A stretch of DNA of 54,353 nucleotides from contig JBFYQP010000125.1 of assembly GCA_041302745.1 (NCBI GenBank), positions 1-54,353 on the forward strand, read 5' to 3'. The DNA comes from Candidatus Bipolaricaulota bacterium. GTDB lineage: Bacteria; Bipolaricaulota; Bipolaricaulia; UBA7950; UBA9294. Under the pieces are notes generated by a model. The model ran no database searches. It was not told where the DNA came from and worked only from the letters and a program-made list of their open reading frames with translations. The first letter of the stretch is position 1. Each line of letters starts with the position of its first letter. Positions 42,537 to 50,674 of the stretch are shown here, piece after piece. The position numbers and the translations under genes were made by a program.

Positions 42537-42884
42537 GAGGAGAGAGGGTCAGGAAGACGCCGGTCGCCGGCTCAAGCCGGCGCCTGGAGGAAAGTCCGGA
42601 CTCCACAGGGCAGGCCACTGAGGAGATCTCAGCAGGGGCGACCTTGGGAAAGTGCAACAGAGAGCAGACCGCCGATGGCCCGCCCCGTGCGGGCACAGGC
42701 AAGGGTGAAACGGTGGTGTAAGAGACCACCAGCGGCCCGGGCGACCGGACCGGCTCGGTAAACCCTGGTCGGAGCAAGGCCAAGTAAGAAGGCGCTCGAG
42801 AGCTGCCCGCTCAAGCCTTCGGGTAGGCCGCCTAGATGAATGTCTTCCCGCGACAGAATCCGGCTTATCGACCCTCTCTCCTTG
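42537..42884 (+). ncRNA. rnpB: RNase P RNA, bacterial type A
   Basis: GGAGGAAAGTCCGGACTCCACAGGGCAGG, GGGAAAGTGCAACAGAGAGCAGACCGCCGATGGCCCG, GGTGAAACGGTGGTGTAAGAGACCACCAGC, GGTAAACCC..GGAGCAAGGCCAAGTA and ACAGAATCCGGCTTATCG. P1 pairs GGAGAGAGGGTC with GACCCTCTCTCC. Confidence 0.95.
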
Positions 42885-42930
42885 ACCGGCGGGCCCCGGC
42901 TCGGGAGCGGGGACGCCGACGCCGCCGTGC

Positions 42931-42959
42931 TTGCTGCTCGTTCGGCCCCCCCTTATACT
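42931..42959 (+). promoter_or_regulatory. Candidate promoter TTGCTG-17-TATACT for the peptidase-rpe-ribD operon
   Basis: TTGCTG at 42931-42936, 17-nt spacer, TATACT at 42954-42959. It lies 32 nt upstream of the AGGAGG-led ATG at 42991. Confidence 0.4.
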
Positions 42960-42990
42960 TCGGTCTCGAACGGACGAGGAGGCGGTTTCA

Positions 42991-43665
42991 ATGCTTTTCG
43001 ACGCAACCTGGCTCATCCTGATTCCGGCGCTCGCCCTCGCGGCGTACGCCCAGTGGAAGGTCCAATCGACCTACAGCCGCTATTCGACCGTCGACGTCAC
43101 GCGACACACGACCGCCGAGGAGGTCGCACGTCGGATTCTCAACGCCGAGTACATCCAGGACGTCAGCTTCGAGTCGATCGACCGGAAGCTCGGCGACCAC
43201 TACGACCCGCGGAAGAAGGTCCTGCGCCTCTCGGCTCCCCAATCGAGCTCGGTTGCGGCGATCGGCGTGGCCGCGCACGAGGCGGGCCACGCCATCCAGC
43301 ACGCCAAGAACTACGCGCCGCTCGCGCTCCGGTCGACCCTCGTCCCGGTCGCCAACTTCGGTTCATTCCTTGCCTTCCCCCTCTTCCTCCTGGGCTTTTT
43401 CACCCAGGTCCCGGTCCTGATCACGGTCGGCATCGCCCTTTTCTCGGCCAGCGTCCTCTTCACCCTGATCACGCTGCCGGTCGAGTTCAACGCCAGCCGC
43501 CGGGCCGTCCATGCCCTCGAGCAGTCGGGCGTCGTCACGACCGAAGAACTCGGCGCCGTGAAGCAGGTTCTCTCCGCGGCAGCCCTCACGTACGTCGCGG
43601 CCGCCGCCATGGCGGCGCTCCAGCTCGTTCGAATGCTCCTCATCGCGAACAGCCGCCGTCGATGA
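42991..43665 (+). CDS. Membrane zinc metallopeptidase (YugP/Zn_peptidase_2 family)
   Basis: ATG follows AGGAGG. VAAHEAGHAIQH is an HExxH motif. N- and C-terminal TM helices. Confidence 0.85.
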   Translation: MLFDATWLILIPALALAAYAQWKVQSTYSRYSTVDVTRHTTAEEVARRILNAEYIQDVSFESIDRKLGDHYDPRKKVLRLSAPQSSSVAAIGVAAHEAGHAIQHAKNYAPLALRSTLVPVANFGSFLAFPLFLLGFFTQVPVLITVGIALFSASVLFTLITLPVEFNASRRAVHALEQSGVVTTEELGAVKQVLSAAALTYVAAAAMAALQLVRMLLIANSRRR

Positions 43666-44303
43666 AGCTCTCCCCTTCTCTACTCGCCTCCGATTTCACG
43701 GACCTCTACCGCGAGGCGATGTCCGTCGCGCCGCTCGCGTCGAGCCTCCACTGGGACGTCATGGACGGCCACTTCGTTCCGAATCTCACGTTCGGTCCTC
43801 CCGTCGTCAACGCGTTGCGGAAGAAGGTGGATCTCCCGTTCGTCATTCACCTGATGATCGACCGCCCCGTCGAGTACGCGCCCCAATTCGACGTGCGTCC
43901 GGACGATACGATCATCGTCCACGTCGAGTCGTCCGACAGCGTCGATCGCGCCCTTGACGCCGTCAAGAGCACCCGAGCCCGCGCCGGGATCTCGTTGCGC
44001 CCTGCGACCCCGAACGATTGCCTGGAGCCGTACCTCGACCGTGTTTCGATGGTTCTCGTCATGAGCGTGGAGCCGGGATTCGGCGGCCAGTCGTTTCTCC
44101 CCGACTCGCTCGCGCGCATCCGCGACCTTGCCAAGCGGATCGGCCGACGGCCGATCGAGATCGCCGTCGACGGCGGAATCCACGCCGAGAATGTCCGCGA
44201 CGTCGTTCGCGCCGGCGCGGATGTCGTGATCGCCGGCTCCGCGGTGTTCGGGGCTTCGGACCGGCTCGCTGCGATGCGGCGGCTGCTCGAGGCAGCCCAG
44301 TGA
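43662..44303 (+). CDS. rpe: Ribulose-phosphate 3-epimerase
   Basis: ATGA overlap. PSLLASDF, HWDVMDGHFVPNLTFGP, MSVEPGFGGQSF and VDGGI. Confidence 0.95.
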   Translation: MKLSPSLLASDFTDLYREAMSVAPLASSLHWDVMDGHFVPNLTFGPPVVNALRKKVDLPFVIHLMIDRPVEYAPQFDVRPDDTIIVHVESSDSVDRALDAVKSTRARAGISLRPATPNDCLEPYLDRVSMVLVMSVEPGFGGQSFLPDSLARIRDLAKRIGRRPIEIAVDGGIHAENVRDVVRAGADVVIAGSAVFGASDRLAAMRRLLEAAQ

Positions 44304-45409
44304 CCGACCAGGAGTGGATGCGGCTCGCCCTCGACCTGGCCGAGCTTGGCGAAGGAGACGTCAACCCGAATCCACTCGTCGGAGCCGTGGTCGTCCGCGA
44401 CGATCACGTCGTCGGTCGCGGCTATCACCATCGTTTCGGCGGCCCCCATGCGGAAGTCCACGCGCTCGACGAAGCCGGCGACGCTGCCCGCGGCGCAACC
44501 CTCTACGCAACGCTCGAGCCGTGTTGCCACTACGGCAAGACGCCGCCCTGCACCGATCGCATCCTTCAGGCGGGAATCCGACGCGTCGTGGTCGCGACCG
44601 TCGACCCGAACCCGATCATCTCCGGACGCGGCCTCGCCACGTTGCGCGCCGCGGGGATCGAAGTCATCGAGGGCGTCCTCGCCGAGGCGGCCCTGCGGCA
44701 GACGGAGATCTTCCGGAAGTACATCACGACGGGGCTTCCGTTCGTCCACCTGAAGCTCGCCACGAGCCTCGACGGGCGCATTGCGACGAAGACCGGCGAC
44801 GCTCGGTGGATCAGCGGTGAGGCGTCCCGCGTCCGCGCCCACCGGCTCCGCCGCCGCAACGCGGCCATCCTCGTCGGCATCGGCACGGCCCTCTCCGACG
44901 ACCCACGCCTCGACGTGCGCCACGTCTTCGGACGGAGTCCCACACCCATCGTCCTCGACGCCTACGGCCGCCTTCCGCAGAGCGCGCGCCTTCTCGGGAC
45001 CGGTCTCTCGCCGATCGTCGCCGCGGCCGCCGTGCCGCCGGAGCGCCGATTCGCACTGGAGCAGGCCGGGTGCCGCGTGTGGGAGATCCCGGCCGCAGAA
45101 GGCGGCGTCGACCTTCCCGTCCTCGTTCGCCGCGTCGGCGAGGCGGGCCTGGACTCCATCTTGGTTGAGGGAGGAGGGGAGACGGCCGCGTCATTCCTCG
45201 CCGCCGGCCTCGTCGACCGCGTTTCGTTCTTCGTCGCGCCTCTCCTCATCGGGGGCCGGGACGCCGTGCCGGCAATCGGAGGCCTCGGCGCCGATCGCGT
45301 CGAGGACGCCGTGCGACTCGTCGACGTGACGACAGAGCAGATCGACGGCGACCTTCTCGTCTCGGGGAGGATTCCGCCGAGTTCTAGCGCCGCCGCGCCG
45401 CGCCCTTGA
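44300..45409 (+). CDS. ribD: Bifunctional riboflavin deaminase/reductase
   Basis: GTGA overlap. PNPLVGAVVV, HAEVHAL, TLEPCCHYGKTPPC and KLATSLDGRIA. Confidence 0.95.
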   Translation: MTDQEWMRLALDLAELGEGDVNPNPLVGAVVVRDDHVVGRGYHHRFGGPHAEVHALDEAGDAARGATLYATLEPCCHYGKTPPCTDRILQAGIRRVVVATVDPNPIISGRGLATLRAAGIEVIEGVLAEAALRQTEIFRKYITTGLPFVHLKLATSLDGRIATKTGDARWISGEASRVRAHRLRRRNAAILVGIGTALSDDPRLDVRHVFGRSPTPIVLDAYGRLPQSARLLGTGLSPIVAAAAVPPERRFALEQAGCRVWEIPAAEGGVDLPVLVRRVGEAGLDSILVEGGGETAASFLAAGLVDRVSFFVAPLLIGGRDAVPAIGGLGADRVEDAVRLVDVTTEQIDGDLLVSGRIPPSSSAAAPRP

Positions 45410-46388
45410 CGTAGCCGTGTGCCACGAACCACTCGACTGCGCGGCGCAGCGCTTCCTCGATCGGCGTCGAGGGGAGGCCCAGCTCGCGTCGCGCCTTCGT
45501 CGGGTCGTAGTACATCGCATGGTGCGACATCCGGATCGTGTCCGGCGTCATCCTGGGCGTCGTCCCGGTCACGCGGCACGCCAGAGCGTTGGCGTACGAG
45601 AGCGCAAGAATCGGGCGGTACGGAACGCGCAGCCGCGGAGCCGGAAGTCCCGTCACCTGCGCGAGAAGCTCGAGCAGCCGTCTCATCGTCACGTTCTCGC
45701 CGCCGAGGATGTAACGCTCGCCGACCCGCCCTCGCTCCGCGGCCAGAAGATGCCCTAGAGCGACGTCCTCGACGGCGACCACGTTCATCCCCGTTTCGAC
45801 GTAGGCCGGCATGCGCCGGTTCAGGAAGTCGACGATCACCCGGCCCGTCGGCGTGGGCTTCACGTCCCAGGGTCCCACCGGGAAGGACGGATTCACGATC
45901 ACCACGGGAAGTCCGCGCCCCGCCGCCTCGAGGCCCACCTGTTCGGCCAGGTACTTGCTCCGCTTGTAGGCCCCGACGATGCGGCTCGGGTTCGCGGGCG
46001 TCTCCTCGGTGACCACCTCGCCTTTCCTCGGCACGGCGAGCGCGGCGACGGAGCTCGTGACGACGATCCGCCTTGCCCCCGCCTCCTCCGCCGCGTCGAG
46101 CACGTTTCGCGTTCCCTCGACGTTGACCTCGTAGACAAGGTCCGGGTCCCGAACCCAGAACGAGTAGAGCGCGCCGACATGGAACACCCGCTCGCACGAC
46201 CGTGCGGCGGCGCGGAGCGAGTCTCGGTCCCGCAAGTCCCCGCGGACCACGTTGACCGGCAGCCCCGCGATGTTCAAGAGGTCGGAGTCCGGGCGAGCCA
46301 GCACGCGAACCTCGTCGCCGGCGCGCAGGAGCGCCCGAACCACGTTCGCTCCGATGAATCCAGTTCCGCCGGTCACCAGCGACGTCAT
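45384..46388 (-). CDS. NAD-dependent epimerase/dehydratase (HpnA / dihydroflavonol-reductase-like)
   Basis: ATG 46388 follows GGGAGGGAAG. LVTGGTGFIGANVVRALL and YKRSK (YxxxK). The track ORF to 46574 runs over a tRNA and is trimmed. Convergent 26-nt overlap with ribD. Confidence 0.85.
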   Translation of the reverse strand: MTSLVTGGTGFIGANVVRALLRAGDEVRVLARPDSDLLNIAGLPVNVVRGDLRDRDSLRAAARSCERVFHVGALYSFWVRDPDLVYEVNVEGTRNVLDAAEEAGARRIVVTSSVAALAVPRKGEVVTEETPANPSRIVGAYKRSKYLAEQVGLEAAGRGLPVVIVNPSFPVGPWDVKPTPTGRVIVDFLNRRMPAYVETGMNVVAVEDVALGHLLAAERGRVGERYILGGENVTMRRLLELLAQVTGLPAPRLRVPYRPILALSYANALACRVTGTTPRMTPDTIRMSHHAMYYDPTKARRELGLPSTPIEEALRRAVEWFVAHGYVKGAARRR

Positions 46389-46447
46389 CCCGTGTCTTCC
46401 CTCCCAAGGAAGCAAAGAAGGCGAGCAACGCTCGCCTTCCCGTCCTG

Positions 46448-46520
46448 TGGGCGAAACAGGGCTCGAACCTGCGACCTTTCGGATGTGACCCGAATGCTCT
46501 CCCAGCTGAGCTATTCGCCC
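46448..46520 (-). tRNA. tRNA-Val (anticodon CAC)
   Basis: Minus-strand read GGGCGAATAGCTCAGCTGGGAGAGCATTCGGGTCACATCCGAAAGGTCGCAGGTTCGAGCCCTGTTTCGCCCA. Clean cloverleaf with anticodon loop GTCACAT. Confidence 0.95.
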
Positions 46521-46690
46521 TCTTCTATCTCGAGGCGATCGACGAAGCCGCCGCTTCTGGAGCGGCTGAGTCATTCGCCCGTTTCTACCTCAGAGCGAAC
46601 GGCGCAAGCCATTCGCCCTCTTCTATCTCAAGGCGATCGACGAGCCGCGCCTCAGACCCCAGGTGGCGAGTCATTCGCCCGTGCCGCGCT
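46511..46690. repeat. ~98-100 bp tandem duplication upstream of tRNA-Val, carrying four copies of the tRNA 5' acceptor-arm sequence (GGGCGAAT on the minus strand)
   Basis: Plus-strand ATTCGCCCTCTTCTATCTC(G/A)AGGCGATCGACGA at 46513 and 46611. GAGTCATTCGCCCG at 46568 and 46668. CATTCGCCC boxes end at 46520, 46580, 46618 and 46680. Confidence 0.8.
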
Positions 46691-46699
46691 ATTGTACCC

Positions 46700-46727
46700 C
46701 GAGTCTCGCCCGAAAGGGAGAGACTCG
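46700..46727 (-). terminator. Hairpin downstream of rng (GAAA/TTTC tetraloop)
   Basis: CGAGTCTCGCCC-GAAA-GGGAGAGACTCG, 12-bp stem with one mismatch. It lies 33 nt past the rng stop. No U tract, so terminator function is uncertain. Confidence 0.35.
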
Positions 46728-46759
46728 AACGCCGCGCGGCGCCTCTCGCCGAGCGACGA

Positions 46760-48004
46760 TCACGCGTCGAACTTCGCATTCTCCAGCATGTCGGCAAGGC
46801 TCTCGCCCCGGCGCTTCCGCGTGATCTCGACGAGGCCGAGGGCCGTCATGTCGACGAAGTCCGCCGAGACTCGGTCCTTCTTCAACTCCTCCTTCACGCG
46901 ATCGGTCACCTGCTCGATGTGCGCGGGGTCTTCCATGTCGACGAAGTCGACGACGATAATCCCGCTCATCTGGCGAAGCCGCAGCTGTCGCGCGATCTCC
47001 GTCGCCGCCTCGAGGTTCGTGTTCAGGATCGCCGCCTCTTGGTTGCGGTGACGGACGTCGCCGCCGGTGTTGACGTCGATGGCGATGAGCGCTTCCGTCT
47101 CGTCGATCACGAGCGACCCGCCTCCGGCGAGCGGCACGCGGCGCGCGAGGCTGTCCTGGATCTGCTTCTCCACGTTGTACTTGGCGAAGAGAGGATCCGC
47201 TCCCTTGTGCAGAACAACCCGCTCCTTGAACTCCCCGAGCTGCATGTAGTCGAGGAACGAGTTGATCTTCTCGAAGAAGAACGGGGAGTCGACGACGACC
47301 TCGCCGATTTCCGGCCCGAGCCGGTCGCGCAGCACCGTCTGAACCAGTCCCATGGCCTTGTACAGGAGCCGCGCCCCGTTCGTCGCCTTCGAGGCGTCCT
47401 GGACGCGCTCCCACGTCTCGACGAGCAGGTGGTAGTCCCGCTCCAGCTCCTCGTCGTTTGCCCATTGCGCCGCCGTGCGCGCAATCATCCCCTCGCCGTC
47501 ACGCTTGAGGGCTCGCGCCACCCGGCGGATCCGACGTTGTTCCCGCACCGACTCCACCCGCCGCGAGACCCCGAGCCGATCCTCCGTGGGGAGGTAGACC
47601 CAGAAACGCCCCGGGAGGCTGACCTTCATCGTCCCCTGAGGGTTCTTGCTGCCGATTCCGTCCCGCCGAACCTGCAACGTGACGAACTGCCCCGGCCGCA
47701 GGAGCTTGTTGATGGGAACCCCGGACTGCCACGGTTTGAAGCCCTTTTCAATCAGGTAGGGATCGTTGATCTCACTCTGGGAGAGGAAGAGGCTCTTCCG
47801 CTCGCCGACGTCAACGAACGCCGATCCGAGGCCCGGAAGCACGTCCTCAACGCGCCCCCGGTAGATGTTCCCAACCAGTTTCTCGTGCGACGGATGCCCG
47901 TAGTAGATCTCCATCAGACGACCCTCTTCGAGAAGGGCGACGCGTGTCCTCTTGTCGCCGTCCTCGGTCAGGTCGACCGAGATCAGGATTCTCTTGTCGT
48001 CGAT
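46760..48004 (-). CDS. rng: Ribonuclease G/E family endoribonuclease
   Basis: S1 domain GNIYRGRVEDVLPGLGSAFVDVG and catalytic core LVIDETEALIAIDVNTG. The first ATG is at 47914, but homologous N-terminal sequence (IDDKRILISVDL...RTRVALLEEGRL) continues in frame up to 48004 without ATG/GTG/TTG. The 5' end is therefore uncertain. Confidence 0.85.
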   Translation of the reverse strand: MDDKRILISVDLTEDGDKRTRVALLEEGRLMEIYYGHPSHEKLVGNIYRGRVEDVLPGLGSAFVDVGERKSLFLSQSEINDPYLIEKGFKPWQSGVPINKLLRPGQFVTLQVRRDGIGSKNPQGTMKVSLPGRFWVYLPTEDRLGVSRRVESVREQRRIRRVARALKRDGEGMIARTAAQWANDEELERDYHLLVETWERVQDASKATNGARLLYKAMGLVQTVLRDRLGPEIGEVVVDSPFFFEKINSFLDYMQLGEFKERVVLHKGADPLFAKYNVEKQIQDSLARRVPLAGGGSLVIDETEALIAIDVNTGGDVRHRNQEAAILNTNLEAATEIARQLRLRQMSGIIVVDFVDMEDPAHIEQVTDRVKEELKKDRVSADFVDMTALGLVEITRKRRGESLADMLENAKFDA

Positions 48005-48474
48005 TTCAGCACCTTCTTTCCCTCATCGAGTCCCGCCAAGACCTCGGCGAACCGTCGTCCATCCCTTGGGTCCGAGAGGTCGGCGGCAATCTCCACGAGC
48101 GGAGCGAGGGCGAAGCGTCGCTCGTTCATCCGCGGATGGGGAATCGAGAGGTCCGGCTCGTCGACTTGCAGGGTCCCGTAGAGAAGAATGTCCACGTCGA
48201 GCGTGCGCGGTCCGAACCGCACCGTCGGAACCCGCCCTTCCGCCGTCTCGGCGTCCTGGCAGGCCGCGAGGAGCGCCCGCGGGGAGAGCGTCGTCGTGCC
48301 GCGCGCGACGAGATTCAGGAACCAAGGCTGGTCCGAGAGCCCCACCGGCTCCGTCTCGTAGACCGAAGACCGGGCCGTCCATCGGACGCCTCGTTGCGCC
48401 ACTCGAGCCAGCCCTCGCTCGATCCTCTCACGCCGGTCCCCCAGGTTCGATCCGAAAAGGATGTACACATCCAC
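47983..48474 (-). CDS. folK: 2-amino-4-hydroxy-6-hydroxymethyldihydropteridine diphosphokinase
   Basis: VYILFGSNLGDR, SSVYETEPVG, RFGPRTLDVDILLY, IPHPRMNERRFALAPL. Start is GTG 48474, or ATG 48516 overlapping folB. Confidence 0.9.
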   Translation of the reverse strand: MDVYILFGSNLGDRRERIERGLARVAQRGVRWTARSSVYETEPVGLSDQPWFLNLVARGTTTLSPRALLAACQDAETAEGRVPTVRFGPRTLDVDILLYGTLQVDEPDLSIPHPRMNERRFALAPLVEIAADLSDPRDGRRFAEVLAGLDEGKKVLKSTTRES

Positions 48475-48479
48475 GGGAT

Positions 48480-48848
48480 CTAGGCCCGCCGCCGGCTCAA
48501 TTCGACCATCGTCCATGCATTCGGCCCCAGCTTGGCCACGGAGAGCTTGCGAACTTGGATCCGGACTTCGGAAACGCGCTCGAAGCGATCGAGCAGCTCG
48601 TCAGCAATCGCACCGGCAAAGGACTCGATGAGGTGAAACGTACGCCTCCGGTTCACTTCGCAAACGCGCTGCACGACCGCATCGTAGTCGACGGTGTCCG
48701 AAAGCTCGTCCGACTCCACGGCCTGCGCGAAGAGTCCGCGCATCTCGACATCCACGGTGAAGCGATTCCCCGCTTCCTGCTCCTGCGGGTAGACGCCGTG
48801 CGGTCCCTCAAGCTCGATCCCCCGGACCGACAAGACGACGTCTCCCAC
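48480..48848 (-). CDS. folB: Dihydroneopterin aldolase
   Basis: GIELEGPHGVYPQEQEAGNRFTVDVEM...LSDTVDYDAV...FHLIESFAGAIADEL. GTG start at 48848; the upstream part of the track ORF is Arg-rich shadow. Confidence 0.85.
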   Translation of the reverse strand: MGDVVLSVRGIELEGPHGVYPQEQEAGNRFTVDVEMRGLFAQAVESDELSDTVDYDAVVQRVCEVNRRRTFHLIESFAGAIADELLDRFERVSEVRIQVRKLSVAKLGPNAWTMVELSRRRA

Positions 48849-48916
48849 CCGAGGCGAAGCACAGCCGGGCTTCGCCCCGTCGGATCCCCGCTCCGATCGC
48901 GCGGCCGCGTCCACCG

Positions 48917-49279
48917 CTACCCCTTGACGGCCTCTTCCTTCGCCACATCGGCGAGCGCAGCAAACGCCCGCTCGTCGCGAACGGCGATGTCCGCGAGCAT
49001 CTTCCGGTTCAGAAGGACGCCGCGGCGCTGGATCCCCCCGAGGAAGGCGGAGTACGAAAGCCCGTTCAGCTTCGCCGCCGCCCCAATTCGGGTGATCCAC
49101 AGCCGTCGGAAGTCGCGCTTGCGGAGCCTGCGATCGATGTAGCTGTTGCGCAGGGCCTTCATGACCGCTTGCTTCGCGATCTTATGCGACGTCCCCCGCT
49201 TGCCCTTGAACCCCTTGGCGAGACTCAGAATCTTCTTACGGCTGTCGAGTCTCTTACTGCCTCCACGCGCTCGTGGCAT
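48917..49279 (-). CDS. rplT: 50S ribosomal protein L20
   Basis: MPRARGGSKRLDSRKKILSLAKGFKGKR...RRDFRRLWITRI. Confidence 0.97.
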   Translation of the reverse strand: MPRARGGSKRLDSRKKILSLAKGFKGKRGTSHKIAKQAVMKALRNSYIDRRLRKRDFRRLWITRIGAAAKLNGLSYSAFLGGIQRRGVLLNRKMLADIAVRDERAFAALADVAKEEAVKG

Positions 49280-49306
49280 GGTCTTCTCCTTCGTCTCCCC
49301 GGAGGG

Positions 49307-49501
49307 CTACTTCGAGAGCATCTTTTCGAGCATCTTCTTCAGCCCGCCGGTCACTTCTTTCGGCATGCGAGCGTGCCGCTTCGCCTTCGGGCGCTTCTTC
49401 ACGTTCTTGTGCCAGTAATTGGACATCGTGTGCATGATCTTGCCACTCTTTGTCCGTGTGAAGCGCTTCTTCGATGCAGAGTGTGTTTTCTGCTTCGGCA
49501 C
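49307..49501 (-). CDS. rpmI: 50S ribosomal protein L35
   Basis: MPKQKTHSASKKRFTRTKSGKI. Confidence 0.97.
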   Translation of the reverse strand: MPKQKTHSASKKRFTRTKSGKIMHTMSNYWHKNVKKRPKAKRHARMPKEVTGGLKKMLEKMLSK

Positions 49502-49527
49502 CGTACGTCCTCCTCCCCGAGGGGCGG

Positions 49528-50037
49528 TCAGGAATGTTGCGCGGGAACGATCATGATCTGGAGGATCTTGCCCTTGGCCATCGGCGTTCCTTCGACCCGG
49601 GCGATGTCCTTGACCTCTTCCTCCACCCGCTTGAGGAGGTCGTGGCCTCGTGAGGCGTGCACGATCTCTCGCCCGCGGAAGAAGATGCTGATGCGGACCA
49701 TATCCCCGTGAGACAGGAACTCGCGAACCCGGGAGAGCTTGGTCTGGAAATCGTGCTCACCGATTTTGATCGTGAACTTGATCTCCTTCAGCTTGGAGCG
49801 ATGCTTCTGCTTGCGCTCCTTCTTCTCCTGCTGGTAGTGGAACTTGCCAAAGTCCACCAACCGGCAAACCGGCGGCGTCGCTTGGGGCGCCACCTCGACC
49901 AGGTCGAGTCCCTTTTCCTTCGCCAACGCGATGGCTTGCTGCGTCGGCAGCACGCCGAGGTTCTCTCCCGTGTCGCCGACGACGCGAACCTCGGGCACGC
50001 GAATCCGTTCGTTCACCCGCAACGTCTTGCTATCGAT
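49528..50037 (-). CDS. infC: Translation initiation factor IF-3 (probable AUC start)
   Basis: VNERIRVPEVRVVGDTGENLGVL...KFHYQQEKK...KEIKF. AGGAGG + 5 nt + ATC at 50035-50037. The track used an in-frame TTG at 50022. Confidence 0.9.
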   Translation of the reverse strand: MDSKTLRVNERIRVPEVRVVGDTGENLGVLPTQQAIALAKEKGLDLVEVAPQATPPVCRLVDFGKFHYQQEKKERKQKHRSKLKEIKFTIKIGEHDFQTKLSRVREFLSHGDMVRISIFFRGREIVHASRGHDLLKRVEEEVKDIARVEGTPMAKGKILQIMIVPAQHS

Positions 50038-50674
50038 CCTGACCTCCTGTTCCGTGGGATCTCACTCGAACTCCTACCCGATACAACCCGTGTTCCTCGA
50101 TGTACCGCGCCACGCTTCGAGGAACCCACGCCTCAATCGACTCGCCGCGCGCTACTCGATCGCGGACAGCCGTTGACGACAGGTCAACCTCGCCCATGTC
50201 GAGGACGTGGATCGACGCGACGTCATACGGCGGTCTCCCGAGGAAGGAGAGCGAGATCCCGGCGCGCGGCGCAACGACAAACGACACGCTGCCCAGCAGG
50301 GCCTGCGGCTCCCTCCACGTTTCAATCTCCAACATCTGGTCCGCCCCGAGGATGAAGCAGACCCCTTCGGGGCAATCTTCCTCCATCGCGCGGATCGTGT
50401 CAATGGTGTACGAGGGCCCGCTTCGGTCGATCTCGATCCGCGAGACCGAGAACTCCCGCCGCCCGGCAATCGCCAGGCGGGCCATGCGGTACCGATCCTC
50501 GCTCGTCACGCCGTCGGAGACGCTTTTCTGCGGCGGAATCCCGTTCGGCACAAACACGACGCGCTTGAGCTCGAACTGCCGGAGCGCCGTCCTCGCGACC
50601 GCGAGATGGGCGTTGTGCGGCGGGTCGAACGTCCCTCCGAGGACCCCGACCCTACTGTTCAAGCTCGAACTCAA
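50030..50674 (-). CDS. nadD: Nicotinate-nucleotide adenylyltransferase
   Basis: VGVLGGTFDPPHNAHL and ISSTAVR-like SSTAVRDRV. TTG start. Overlaps obg by 23 nt and the infC start region by 8 nt. Confidence 0.9.
   Translation of the reverse strand: MSSSLNSRVGVLGGTFDPPHNAHLAVARTALRQFELKRVVFVPNGIPPQKSVSDGVTSEDRYRMARLAIAGRREFSVSRIEIDRSGPSYTIDTIRAMEEDCPEGVCFILGADQMLEIETWREPQALLGSVSFVVAPRAGISLSFLGRPPYDVASIHVLDMGEVDLSSTAVRDRVARGESIEAWVPRSVARYIEEHGLYRVGVRVRSHGTGGQDR

Noticed and set aside
44962-46428. 488-aa minus-strand ORF in another frame over ribD and the epimerase
   Set aside because: Arg/Gly-rich shadow. The annotated frames carry the deaminase (HAE, PCxxC) and Rossmann (GGTGFIG, YxxxK) motifs.
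46511-46690. CRISPR array or minisatellite interpretation of the repeats next to tRNA-Val
   Set aside because: There are only two ~98-100 bp units, no regular repeat-spacer periodicity of CRISPR size, and no cas genes in the window.
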